A stretch of DNA of 32,000 nucleotides from Chlamydiales bacterium (lineage in GTDB: Bacteria > Chlamydiota > Chlamydiia > Chlamydiales > JAAKFR01). This document shows, in pieces, positions 20,401 to 27,404 of the stretch. The notes beneath the pieces are model-generated. The model was not told the origin of the DNA. It searched no databases and worked only from the letters and a program-made list of their open reading frames with translations. The stretch's first letter is position 1. Each line of letters opens with the position of its first letter. Position numbers and translations under genes: made by a program. Where the stretch lies: positions 1 to 32,000 of the forward strand of contig JAWLBH010000001.1 of the NCBI GenBank assembly GCA_041395025.1. Direction: 5' to 3'.

Positions 20401-23400
20401 TTATTTGTCAAAAAAAACAATATTGTCGATTGATATAACTCCTCTAATTCTTTCCAAATAGGATATGATTTATCGAGAATATGAAGGCATTTTTCTATCT
20501 GCTCAATACTGGTGTCGAGTGGTTGAATAAACTTTTCTACTAATTGTGCTGGATGAGAGGAAGTTTTGCATAGCTGATGGTTATAGTGTTGGTATTCAAT
20601 TAAATGAAGATAGATCTTAAACTGAGTATATTCATTCAGCATGTTTTTACATTCTTTCGAACTCAGTTGATGATTCTTTAAATATTGATCTCCTTCATAA
20701 AAATCGTTGAGTTTCCCTAAGGCTTGATCGTAACCTCCCAGATAATCCAACATTTCTTGTTCTGCTTGAACATTAATCTCTGCGCTATTTTTCTGTTTTT
20801 GATTGTTCTCTATCATAGAAGCCACGTGATCACTATTAGATGCTTTCTGCCTTGCATCTTCTATTGTCTCGTCAATTAACTTTTGTATCTCTTCAATGAG
20901 GGTTAATTGAGTTTGCGTTAAATTGGCTTGAGTATAATGACGACTTAGCTCTTTTATCATGTAATGCACGCTGATTGGATCTTTTTTTTCGATCTCTTTC
21001 AGAGTAATCAGTAGAGCACCTGTGAAGTCTTCTACAAGAGGACTAGAATTTGCCCCTGCTTTATAGAAGACGATTTCTGTAGAATGGTCACATTGAACAG
21101 AAAGGGATTTTTCAATTTCTTGATATTGTTCAAGAGTCTTAGCAGCGGATGATAAATTATTTCTGAAAATATATCTGTCAATCTCCGTTCGATAATAGCT
21201 TAATTTGCCCATGAGATCTTTATAAGAGTATTCTGCCTTTGTAACTATCTTTTCTGGAGCGTCATCATACGGCTCTATATTGTGTTTAACTTCCTCATAC
21301 GCTCGATCCGGAAGAGGGACTAAAAATGTGGTTTCTTGAAGATCCATAAGCTCTTTTTTTAATCGGTGAATTTCTTCTCTTCTTTTTTTCGCATGATAAT
21401 GACTTAAATGGGATCCATCTTTATTTTGCGCTACTTTGTCAAGGTATTCTGCTTTTTTAATTTCTAGTTCTTTTTGTTTGAATTGGGTTTTAGAAATAGG
21501 GTTTTTCAACATCAAAGGTAGGTTTGATCTCTCTACCCCTACTTCTAACACTTTTGTTGTCATACCTGGGCGCTCACATGACCAATGGTCATTGATTTTA
21601 TCAAGATAAATAGTTAACCCAGCAGCAGGAATTAGATATTTATCTTTATTAGAAGAGACAAGAATTTCTTCAGGAGAAAAGTTTTCTAATAGCCTTTCTT
21701 CAAGGTTAGCCTCTTGCCGATCGATTTCGTCTAATCGGTGTGAACAATCCGGTCCCAATAATCCATTTTCTGGATCTATAGGCTGGAATTGCTCTGTAAA
21801 ACCTTCTATATAGATCTCATGTGGTAACCCATTTTGAAATTTCGTCTTTGCAATCAAATTTCCATCTTTTCCATATCCAAAAAGAGTCCTTTCATTATCC
21901 ATCCAAAAATGCTGAATCTTCATGCGATAAAGAAGAGAAATAGGTGCAGTGATCTCTTCCCTAGGAACAAATTGAAGAGTTTTATTATGAGAATTCTTGT
22001 TAGAAAAGCTAGTACTCATATCTTTGTAAACAAGAGGAGTGCGATCTTCTGTTTCTCTAACTATGATTAGAGGATCACCTTTTGAACTAAAATACACATA
22101 ACTTTTTGTAGCTTGATCCCATCGATAAGGAAAGTATTCTATTCCTAAAGTCCGCACGGTTGGATGATTTTGCAGATTAGGAGGGAGGTTCAAAGTTTGT
22201 TCGCCATTTTTATAAACGATCCCTGATAAAATATCTAAAGTGAGGTCATGGCCTAGATCTTTAAACCGAGGATCATCGGTATTGTTATATTGAATATCCC
22301 CTCTTACTCCATTAAAGACCCCATTTTTTAAAAGTCTTTGAGAGGCTGTGTCTGCCTTGTTTTTTTCTTCTTCTAGAAAATTAGCGATCTCTTTTGAATC
22401 GATATTTTTTAGGGTTGCTATGAGTATTTTATCAGATGCGACTAGGCTAGCCTCTGCTTCATCGCATGCACTTTTTAAAAATCCATGAATCTCCTCTTTA
22501 CCTTCAAAGTAGTTAAATTTTATGTGTTGATAAAGCATTTTTGAAACAAGAAAGTCTAGAGCAGTTTGTTTTTTGTTAGAATTCTTAAGAATTTCATTAG
22601 TATTGAATATAATACTGCGTGCATGACCCATAAGAAGGCGATGGATTTCATTGCCTTCAATCAGAGATTGATTAAATCGTAAGATCGCTTTTCTTGTGTC
22701 GAAATTCGGATTCCATTTCTGTAAAATATCTTGATAGAAAATCTTTAGAGGAGGAGCTAAAGTTTCTGGATTACATTCATCATCGTTATTCTCGATTGCT
22801 TCTATCTTATTAGATAGATATTCTAGAGTCTGATCTTCATTCCAAAGATATGCGTGGTTCAAAATTCGAGCAATTTGCTCTCTTTGTTGATAATGATCGG
22901 CTTTAAGATTTACAAGAGGATAGTCTATTAAATCAAATGCAAGTTTATCAACTCCTTGAGCCATAAGAGCATCTAATTTTTGCCTAGTTTCAGGGGTCTC
23001 AGGTAATTTATGGTTATTTGTATCTAGCTTAAATGAGGCTCTTATTAATTCTCCATCCAATCCCTCTAATTCAATAGGGGAGTCTTGTAGTGCTTCGCTT
23101 AAATTTTTTAAATCTTCATAAAATGTTCTAGTGTTATCGTCTGCTTGGTCCAGATCTAAATCGTTATTTTTGATTGTATTAGCCAATCTGTTAAATAGGA
23201 GTTTTTGATCATCTAAATTTAGATTAGAGTGTCTACAGACCTGCTTTAGACGATACGCTGCTTCTTCTGAGCATCGGTTAGGTAAGCTAAAGTATTTGAT
23301 CATCAACCAGTATTTCAAAAAGGTAGCACGTTCTTCATTATGCATCTCTTGTAGATACAGAGTTTTTTGATTGTCTATTGTTTTAGAATATAGATTTAAG

Positions 23401-26171
23401 AATATTTGCTTAATATCATCTGGCGGAGATGTGTTGCTCTTCCAAAATATTTCAAGTACTTCTTGAGTATCTGCAAGGAATATTGATCTCAAAGAAGAAG
23501 GGTAGCCATGTATGTTTGCATATGCATCTAGTTGTTGAATCCATCCGACTTTGTATTCTAATGAATCTAAATCATTATCGCAATAATCTGATAGATCTTT
23601 GCGAATTTGAGTAAGATCTTCGATAAGATTTACAATTTTTCTGTTCTCTACCTTTTCCATCTGAATAAATTCACTGTCAATCTTATAAACTGTTTTGCCT
23701 AACCAGTTGGTACCGTGAGGAGCTAAAACCTCTTGCTGAAAGGAGTCTGCGTGAATTTTATTGGCGGCATCTTTCTGTTTTCTAAGCTGTTCGCCTATAC
23801 TCTTTCGATAATAGCTTAAAACGGTTTCTCTTTTCCGCTCATCTTTCTTGATAGCTTTTTCTTTTTTATCACTTGGATTAGGTAGTTCTTTTAGAATGGG
23901 TATTTCTGTTCGATGATACCGATTGAAGGCAAGACGAGCTTTTTTTAAGCCCTGTTCTCTGATTTCATTATTCCCTTTAGGAAGAGAGAGATTTTTGAAT
24001 GAAATCGAGACAGTATTAATTTGGTAGCCTGTTTTTATTTGAAACCAACTTCTAAAGAAATCAGCCATTTTTTCTTGACGTATTTTTTTGTCCGAAATGC
24101 CTTGAAGAGCCTCTTCTTGATCTCTTGGAAGATGTGTGATCCAAATCTGTACAATTGTTTGATGCCAAGTAGATAAAGCATTACTAACATCGAGGAGCTC
24201 TGCTAGATTCTTAAGATCTAGCTTTGGCCTCTCTTTTTCTTTTTTATTCATTGAATGAGTGTTGTCATTAAAAGGAAGGCTAATTATCCCTTTTTCTATC
24301 GGATCAAGGGCGATAAATTTTTCGATCTTTGAAAGTTGATTAGAAGAAAGATGATCAGCAAACTGCTTTGCAGCTTTTTGAATTTCGCTTAGGACACCTC
24401 GATCACCGATTGATAGATCCTGATTGATTGGTAGATTAATAGAAAAACTATCTTTTTTTGCTAGTTGCAGAGGAGTTTGACACTGAGGCTTTGTCTCTAA
24501 AGCCATATAAAAGACTTTTTCTGCGTACCGATGTTTATGTTTTTCTTTTCGTTCTTCATATGTAGTCAGTTGATGAAACGTTTCGAAATCGCCTACTACT
24601 AAATATCCGAGGCTATCTTCGATAGCTTTATATTCTGATATGTTACGGTCTATTTTTTCTCGATAATCTGAATCAATCGATTGCGGATTTTGAGATAAGA
24701 TAGACAGTTCAGCCTGGTGGATATTACTCATTAGGTTTTTAAAGCATGTGATCAATTCATCATCTGATGAGTCGTCAAAATCTGGCAAATCGCTTGCTAT
24801 TTTTATGAGTTTTTCAGATAATTGCTTATCTACTTTCTTATCTAGCTTATGCTTATCTACTTTCTTATCTAGCTTACCTAAAAGATCATACAATCTACCA
24901 ATTAAGAGTTTTCCTATTTCCTCTCCACCTTTTTCCCAAATGTCTATGAATTGTTCTTTTATTGCCTCTTCGCTCTTTTGTATCTTTTTAAAATTGAACC
25001 TTGCTTTTTTATAATCATCTAAATGTTCTTGCCAACTGTTTATTTGAAGCATAAGCAAGGTTTTGTCAAAACCTTCTTTGGCCTCATCGAATTTTTCTTT
25101 AGCTTTAAGGTGTTTCCATTTTATAAATTCTTTTTCTTTCTTGCCGTAAGAGAAATACCTCTCTTCTTCATCTAATTTCTTATTAATAAACAACTCAATA
25201 TCTTCATTATTAGGACATCCCTTGTAAAAAGACTGCAATTGCGCATATTTAGACAAAACCTCTAGCAAGGTTTTCTCTTGTTTGTGTTGCTCTTCTAAAA
25301 CGCGTAATTTAACATTAGAAGACTCTTTCCGCAGCTGGTTATGTAGTTTTTTATCAGATATTTGGCTCAAATAAGAGTCTATCTCATCTTTTAAAAAAAG
25401 ATGAGGGTAGATAAAAAGACAAGCAGGGTTGCTCCTAATCTCTTCGACGCTCAACGCCTCTGCTGTTTCATCTCTTGTTTCAAAAGCTTTTAAGAAACTC
25501 TCCACTAGATAACAAAAAGCAAGGGGGATGGGGTTTTTGATTTTTCTGGGTTTGATCTTCTGGTCTTGTTTTCCCTTGTCGTCTTCTATAAATCTGCTCA
25601 CCGACTGTTTAAGTTTGGTTTTTATTGTTGATAATTCATTTTTAGGGAGATCGTGATAAGCAATATGCTGGATCGATTCTAATATCTTTTGAATCTCAGG
25701 ATCTTGGTTTTCTTTCCAAGGGTGAATGAGTAATTCATTCATGAGTAAGATGACTTCCTCATGTGTATGCAATTTCGGTTCACTTCCTAAAATCATTTCT
25801 GAAGAAAACGTCGATGTTTGGAGAGCATTTTTACATGTTTGAATGAGATGTTGGTTTTGAGCTGCTTTGGAAGGAAAAAAATAACGTTTCACAGAGATGG
25901 GCATGTCTACGAATAATACCTTCACGTTACGTCCAGTGAGTCTACCTACACGAGCGGTCTGTTTACCTATAGCTTTTATACCTAAAAAAATGTTGTGTGC
26001 TACCTTTTCAGTTAGGGAAACTGTTTTTCTAAGTATTTGATATCCAATACGCGATACTAGACGCCTTGCTCTGTTTTCAACGAGATGTGTGCTCGCATCT
26101 AGTTCACGCAAAAAATTGTCTACACGAGGATGCCTAGATGAATGTTGAGCTGAGTGAAAAGAAGATTCCAT
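14478..26171 (-). CDS. Giant (~3900 aa) protein of unknown function with an internal SF2/SecA-like P-loop NTPase core; candidate secreted effector
   Basis: A single uninterrupted reading frame. The maximal ORF reaches a TTG at 26261. The first ATG (26171, MESSFHSAQ...) is the more likely start, because the 30 codons upstream are A/T homopolymer-like. Motifs: QARMGFGKTALLPLLS (19176-19193), IFDELDDTQD (18714-18728), VGCSGTVGG (17814-17825), NCRGSDV (17361-17375). I saw no obvious signal peptide or TM segment at the N-terminus. Confidence 0.85.
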   Translation of the reverse strand: MESSFHSAQHSSRHPRVDNFLRELDASTHLVENRARRLVSRIGYQILRKTVSLTEKVAHNIFLGIKAIGKQTARVGRLTGRNVKVLFVDMPISVKRYFFPSKAAQNQHLIQTCKNALQTSTFSSEMILGSEPKLHTHEEVILLMNELLIHPWKENQDPEIQKILESIQHIAYHDLPKNELSTIKTKLKQSVSRFIEDDKGKQDQKIKPRKIKNPIPLAFCYLVESFLKAFETRDETAEALSVEEIRSNPACLFIYPHLFLKDEIDSYLSQISDKKLHNQLRKESSNVKLRVLEEQHKQEKTLLEVLSKYAQLQSFYKGCPNNEDIELFINKKLDEEERYFSYGKKEKEFIKWKHLKAKEKFDEAKEGFDKTLLMLQINSWQEHLDDYKKARFNFKKIQKSEEAIKEQFIDIWEKGGEEIGKLLIGRLYDLLGKLDKKVDKHKLDKKVDKQLSEKLIKIASDLPDFDDSSDDELITCFKNLMSNIHQAELSILSQNPQSIDSDYREKIDRNISEYKAIEDSLGYLVVGDFETFHQLTTYEERKEKHKHRYAEKVFYMALETKPQCQTPLQLAKKDSFSINLPINQDLSIGDRGVLSEIQKAAKQFADHLSSNQLSKIEKFIALDPIEKGIISLPFNDNTHSMNKKEKERPKLDLKNLAELLDVSNALSTWHQTIVQIWITHLPRDQEEALQGISDKKIRQEKMADFFRSWFQIKTGYQINTVSISFKNLSLPKGNNEIREQGLKKARLAFNRYHRTEIPILKELPNPSDKKEKAIKKDERKRETVLSYYRKSIGEQLRKQKDAANKIHADSFQQEVLAPHGTNWLGKTVYKIDSEFIQMEKVENRKIVNLIEDLTQIRKDLSDYCDNDLDSLEYKVGWIQQLDAYANIHGYPSSLRSIFLADTQEVLEIFWKSNTSPPDDIKQIFLNLYSKTIDNQKTLYLQEMHNEERATFLKYWLMIKYFSLPNRCSEEAAYRLKQVCRHSNLNLDDQKLLFNRLANTIKNNDLDLDQADDNTRTFYEDLKNLSEALQDSPIELEGLDGELIRASFKLDTNNHKLPETPETRQKLDALMAQGVDKLAFDLIDYPLVNLKADHYQQREQIARILNHAYLWNEDQTLEYLSNKIEAIENNDDECNPETLAPPLKIFYQDILQKWNPNFDTRKAILRFNQSLIEGNEIHRLLMGHARSIIFNTNEILKNSNKKQTALDFLVSKMLYQHIKFNYFEGKEEIHGFLKSACDEAEASLVASDKILIATLKNIDSKEIANFLEEEKNKADTASQRLLKNGVFNGVRGDIQYNNTDDPRFKDLGHDLTLDILSGIVYKNGEQTLNLPPNLQNHPTVRTLGIEYFPYRWDQATKSYVYFSSKGDPLIIVRETEDRTPLVYKDMSTSFSNKNSHNKTLQFVPREEITAPISLLYRMKIQHFWMDNERTLFGYGKDGNLIAKTKFQNGLPHEIYIEGFTEQFQPIDPENGLLGPDCSHRLDEIDRQEANLEERLLENFSPEEILVSSNKDKYLIPAAGLTIYLDKINDHWSCERPGMTTKVLEVGVERSNLPLMLKNPISKTQFKQKELEIKKAEYLDKVAQNKDGSHLSHYHAKKRREEIHRLKKELMDLQETTFLVPLPDRAYEEVKHNIEPYDDAPEKIVTKAEYSYKDLMGKLSYYRTEIDRYIFRNNLSSAAKTLEQYQEIEKSLSVQCDHSTEIVFYKAGANSSPLVEDFTGALLITLKEIEKKDPISVHYMIKELSRHYTQANLTQTQLTLIEEIQKLIDETIEDARQKASNSDHVASMIENNQKQKNSAEINVQAEQEMLDYLGGYDQALGKLNDFYEGDQYLKNHQLSSKECKNMLNEYTQFKIYLHLIEYQHYNHQLCKTSSHPAQLVEKFIQPLDTSIEQIEKCLHILDKSYPIWKELEELYQSTILFFLTNNSKPSPQSDQASQDQNNLKILQGFFVRINEVFNNKEIEEEAPVVFSDQEIEEEAPAASLSKSEAIKTIVALATKTPLEQIFSTEKIEGKLKNLKKEISQSQKSLIQESRKIIYDQVRGYYLESIGVFNCDALLADYQTNSQGEALYGLKKEDIRTIFNKLVELNIIQPTRDPVDNYYRVASLDRLGKDFPRDELRSLLVQCLKTEKETTQAIQRLHVFLSRAAQSGFEFAFKKGAEKEISAQLKEKYKKDLQHYLEAKAVLKAELRPGQSMGDLKYAYITNDFSKFSVQEGEKPGTQSRLKQTLTHYLIYKTECQHVKNIFAAPLKGERNKFQLLQTKRNYSVDLLSEENLEGEKLLEQIIQRTFLVFEGQYGNRCNMMQARIFRALMLGKKDPEGIDAIQARMGFGKTALLPLLSIAQVAKERNLPKEERHLVRYVVPRAVLEDNAKSFNHQIQGILGSHVIKDTEFLRYQIDAKNPKKSFHWILEDLKTRYAFYEKVRNNGDVLIQPPETRCALEAQEIEFSKILLNDEYSDADNLRFEAKTWLSKIRSLSSYTIFDELDDTQDIRSREVNFTRGEKVPIREAIVIPLAELTDYIQKNKNKDWTKKKERASELIDHMLNPNSLPDFKTGLIDYLIDPKVKYSPEHFNWDKDCVSHDDRWNITIFLIRMLLLDSYMLSIITTKKANTEFGARFVINPATGAREYSYDADSKASLLISVPYEGANNPKGNSIFDNTEVAAITTLLYYNSLETSFAINPHLDFLISQIQQNAALPFCENYLGKDTADKVIKELKLLSKNLDIDDLNRSKEKFYNEFMAQPTLKFRQFFGALVVAKQVRADQGCAKSNRYEQGSPNDLIVGCSGTVGGTSSYFEKQAPDPAADGLLTFDIMGRENNQEVKWFPPPDSNNYLKSTIEHLLNCCESSTRAIADSAGICKSRDGTPETVVQELWQQIQNKREIFNGIEGIIYYGKDNIKRLYRGPNKLAIPCTTDMEIAALSSKKYFTFYKQKNCRGSDVKQAMGIHCLVTIDENVTNSDAKQTILRLRNIVNPASEQRFSFAGTEQFRNIVKKRLENEVLISINETNKQLTCLQKKLDDRRRNQKKEVSEPIIALQTEHEKLNKKLNRIRSIKPPFKIEAKEIARYLCLCEKDIEIEQSLIIFKKEMNAHFKTAAGYLESRILKLFFSQNGVGNTHIRDSYKMFLKRRNKLQSLIDESQKELYGKYGQAMKSMSRDEFVETIEEEITLNIQEIFNAYRALKRRYYREENKDVEFEEENEYINHYSTNRIAHSINQFKKVYPENRKVEILDTNSQVQAQAQAQVEAQAQAEAEAEACTETLAQAEVHSQPGLPRLDLQMAKEKSVEVDDSFLDEKNWRRLSECKELKHMIARLFRNGNQQLYKPPLFYLSQGVVNDGAYSHFIFHSNPDPDQDEVRRYCLITFEEAEIAKKAKPEQLIDIRKNKPDDILDSTWGQIRGLALANADQIPEPSQFPNTAALRNCYEISNVLPEDLLPTLTYEIVPPEPQLNLFTPNEHFGVTKDYQYEISIASIGENVQIKISGGDGLDSNLSFPRNNYYINQAIQAIEDDDFPYPWVDSSKALSINAHLLGKQQELHTMHTELTNQETKISEIQRGMINRIRNTKSFSLSERMIEGLNRRRTSMDDSDLTARYKWNLQMDISNLDLASQSNYMTAYRDMIRYAITVFQEINRDLANFAADPTLANNLEINFSKLGNPRKWQSKTPDEFKNKILVSKEDMRSILTNAKKQLDNNMPIENYPEPKLLDFIYGMILHIVHGNNLDTASSCTVDDCNNLFNSTLPGAAQNLENTLHLIAEVKKSQEEIRQTQENILVLEKQIRDLEKSIEISKTIMEYNVEIFRDLKGKGILYKDIEFLNQFPFLPFINNDLQQTIKIKAKTPKYRKLVEGDMPNHKVAFKAFTEDEAKCHQKSVEFLKHVLDLSAKLDKRKSEIKKGEIKKKQ
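16408..16474 (-). repeat. Degenerate GCTTCT/GCTTGT hexanucleotide tract encoding a (Gln/Glu-Ala)n linker inside the giant gene
   Basis: The plus strand reads catgcttctgcttccgcttctgcttgtgcttgcgcttctacttgtgcttgcgcctgtgcttggacttg. It translates on the minus strand to QVQAQAQAQVEAQAQAEAEAEA. Confidence 0.85.
20237..20297 (-). repeat. Two copies of a 22 bp motif spaced 39 bp apart, encoding a duplicated EIEEEAP segment in the giant gene
   Basis: ctggggcttcttcctctatctc (20237-20258) and ctggggcttcttcctctatttc (20276-20297). The protein reads EIEEEAPVVFSDQEIEEEAPAAS. Confidence 0.85.
24825..24878 (-). repeat. 27 bp x 2 tandem duplication in the giant gene (HKLDKKVDK / HKLDKKVDK)
   Basis: cttatctactttcttatctagcttatg (24825-24851) is followed by cttatctactttcttatctagcttacc (24852-24878). 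Confidence 0.9.
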
Positions 26172-26345
26172 GCTAAAAATACCTAATTCTTTATTCTTTT
26201 TTTTTAAAAATAATGCGTTAATATTGTTAAGTTTAAAGGAAAAAGTCTTTTTTAAACACAAAAAAATCTATAAAAAAAATTTATTAAGAGATGGAAGCAA
26301 AAAAGAAATAAAATAAGCGCGAAAAATTAATCAAATCTTAACAAA

Positions 26346-26374
26346 ATTGTAGAAAAAAAAACTAAAATTTTCAA
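26346..26374 (-). promoter_or_regulatory. Candidate sigma-66/70 promoter TTGAAA-N17-TACAAT upstream of the giant gene
   Basis: Minus strand: -35 TTGAAA (26374-26369), an exact 17 nt spacer, and -10 TACAAT (26351-26346). It lies in the 134 bp A/T-rich gap between the iscA-like stop (26396) and the giant ORF. Chance matches are plausible in AT-rich DNA. Confidence 0.35.
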
Positions 26375-26395
26375 ATAAGTTGGAGGTTATTTTAT

Positions 26396-26962
26396 TTAAT
26401 AGCCTTGTGACTGTCCGCAACCGCATGCGGATTTTACATTAGGGTTGGAGACTTTGAATCCTGCGCCTTGTAGCCCATCTACATAATCGATTACTGAGCC
26501 GATTAAACGGTCAACCATTCCTTTTTTAATATGAATTTCAATCCCTTCTGATTCATATAGGAGATCTTCTTCAGTGGGAGCATCAGAAAAATCGAGAAGA
26601 TATTGAAATCCTCCACATCCACCAGCTGTATCTCCAAAACGCAATGCGGCATCTGGTTGACCTTCTTCTTTAGCAAATTGACGGAATTTTTCAGCTGCTT
26701 TTGGAGTCAGGGTAATTGTATCGAGAGGGGTCTCTTCTTGAAGAATTTCGTTGAGTTCCTCAATGAGTCGATCCATGGCTTCTTTGCTCATCCCATGCCC
26801 GAGGATACCCGCTTCAATTGTCTCCCAAGTGGCAGCACTGCAACTTGTACAATGGAGACCTGCTTGTGTCATTTTTTGTGCTAAACGTTGGCTTTTTTCA
26901 GGATATTTAGAAAAAACGTCTGCGATCGTCATCTCGGGTGTAATTGGTTCTTTTTTTTCCAT
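26396..26962 (-). CDS. Fe-S cluster assembly protein: N-terminal DUF1858/ScdA-N-like domain fused to a HesB/IscA-type domain
   Basis: The N-terminal part (TIADVFSKYPEKSQRLAQKMTQAGLHCTSCSAATWETIEAGILGHG) resembles the hybrid-cluster-associated redox disulfide domain. The C-terminal part (ITLTPKAAEKFRQF...LRFGDTAGGCGGFQYLLDF...GFKVSNPNVKSACGCGQS) is the IscA/HesB signature with its three Cys. The ATG at 26962 is preferred: a GAGGA RBS overlaps the ferredoxin stop. The ORF track starts at 26992. Confidence 0.8.
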   Translation of the reverse strand: MEKKEPITPEMTIADVFSKYPEKSQRLAQKMTQAGLHCTSCSAATWETIEAGILGHGMSKEAMDRLIEELNEILQEETPLDTITLTPKAAEKFRQFAKEEGQPDAALRFGDTAGGCGGFQYLLDFSDAPTEEDLLYESEGIEIHIKKGMVDRLIGSVIDYVDGLQGAGFKVSNPNVKSACGCGQSQGY

Positions 26963-26970
26963 AGATATCC

Positions 26971-27243
26971 TCAGAATGAAATTTTTACGCATCCTTTTTT
27001 CAACTTACATTGACAAGCCAATCGTTCATCTTCCATTTCACCCAAAAAATCTTCTTCTTCTTGGGTGAATGGAGAGAGATTTTCCATATGTTCTTCTACT
27101 TTAATGACACAGGTTCCACAAACGCCCTCAGTACATGCAAAAGGCACGCCTGCTTCTTCACAGACATTTGCAATTGAATCTCCATCATTCACTTCATATT
27201 CTTCGTCACTATCTTGAAAGATTATTTTACCCACAATACAAAT
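26971..27243 (-). CDS. fdx: 2Fe-2S ferredoxin (plant-type Cys pattern)
   Basis: GTG start at 27243, preceded by AAGGAG 9 nt upstream. The 90 aa product carries C-x4-C-x2-C (ACTEGVCGTC) and a distal Cys (LACQC). The ORF-track extension to 27378 runs through the tRNA and is an artefact. The position matches CT059 fer, next to flhA. Confidence 0.75.
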   Translation of the reverse strand: MCIVGKIIFQDSDEEYEVNDGDSIANVCEEAGVPFACTEGVCGTCVIKVEEHMENLSPFTQEEEDFLGEMEDERLACQCKLKKGCVKISF

Positions 27244-27319
27244 CTCCTTATCAATTGCAAAAGCAATTATGAGATAGAGGAGATTAAAAAGCGAGTCCAA
27301 ATAGAAGTCGAAAAATGAT

Positions 27320-27394
27320 TCGGAGTAGAGGGATTCGAACCCCCGACCTACTGGTCCCAAACCAGTCGCGCTAACCAAGCTGCGCTATACTCCG
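27320..27394 (-). tRNA. tRNA-Pro (anticodon UGG)
   Basis: Minus-strand sequence: CGGAGTATAGCGCAGCTTGGTTAGCGCGACTGGTTTGGGACCAGTAGGTCGGGGGTTCGAATCCCTCTACTCCGA. The cloverleaf folds: 7 bp acceptor stem CGGAGTA/TACTCCG, D stem GCGC/GCGC, anticodon stem ACTGG/CCAGT with loop TTTGGGA (anticodon TGG, G37), and a T arm GGGGG-TTCGAAT-CCCTC. CCA is not encoded. Confidence 0.9.
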
Positions 27395-27404
27395 AAAAGA
27401 GGAG

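Noticed and set aside
15103-25014. Short plus-strand and alternative-frame ORFs inside the giant gene (for example 15103-15300, 18126-18404, 21834-22070, 24748-25014, 15866-16090, 17453-17665, 18623-18841, 19016-19210)
   Set aside because: All are 60-92 aa and embedded in or antisense to the 11.7 kb frame. Their low-complexity Leu/Ser/Phe/Ile-rich translations are typical of the antisense strand of AT-rich coding DNA.
26172-26261. TTG-initiated 30-codon extension of the giant ORF (MCLKKTFSFKLNNINALFLKKKNKELGIFS)
   Set aside because: It is encoded by A/T homopolymer-rich sequence that looks like leader DNA. The first ATG (26171) is the more plausible start. I cannot exclude the longer form without experimental data.
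14478-26261. Giant protein as a homolog of the chlamydial large cytotoxin/lymphostatin (LifA/Efa1, TcdB-like) family
   Set aside because: I could not find the glycosyltransferase context or a YopT-like Cys-His-Asp protease block. The only clear motifs form a P-loop NTPase set, which that family lacks. This needs HMM confirmation.
27244-27378. N-terminal extension of the ferredoxin ORF (MVSATGLGPVGRGFESLYSE...)
   Set aside because: This part of the ORF is the tRNA-Pro gene read as protein (27320-27394). A GTG at 27243 with an AAGGAG RBS gives a normal 90 aa ferredoxin.
14419-27394. Possibility that the giant gene is a genomic island integrated at tRNA-Pro
   Set aside because: There is no integrase, transposase or phage gene. 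I found no copy of the tRNA 3' end (tcggagtagagggattcgaacc) at the far boundary (14419-14477). Housekeeping fdx and iscA-like genes lie between the tRNA and the giant gene. By eye the composition is not clearly different from the flanks, but a proper GC and codon-usage calculation was not possible here.
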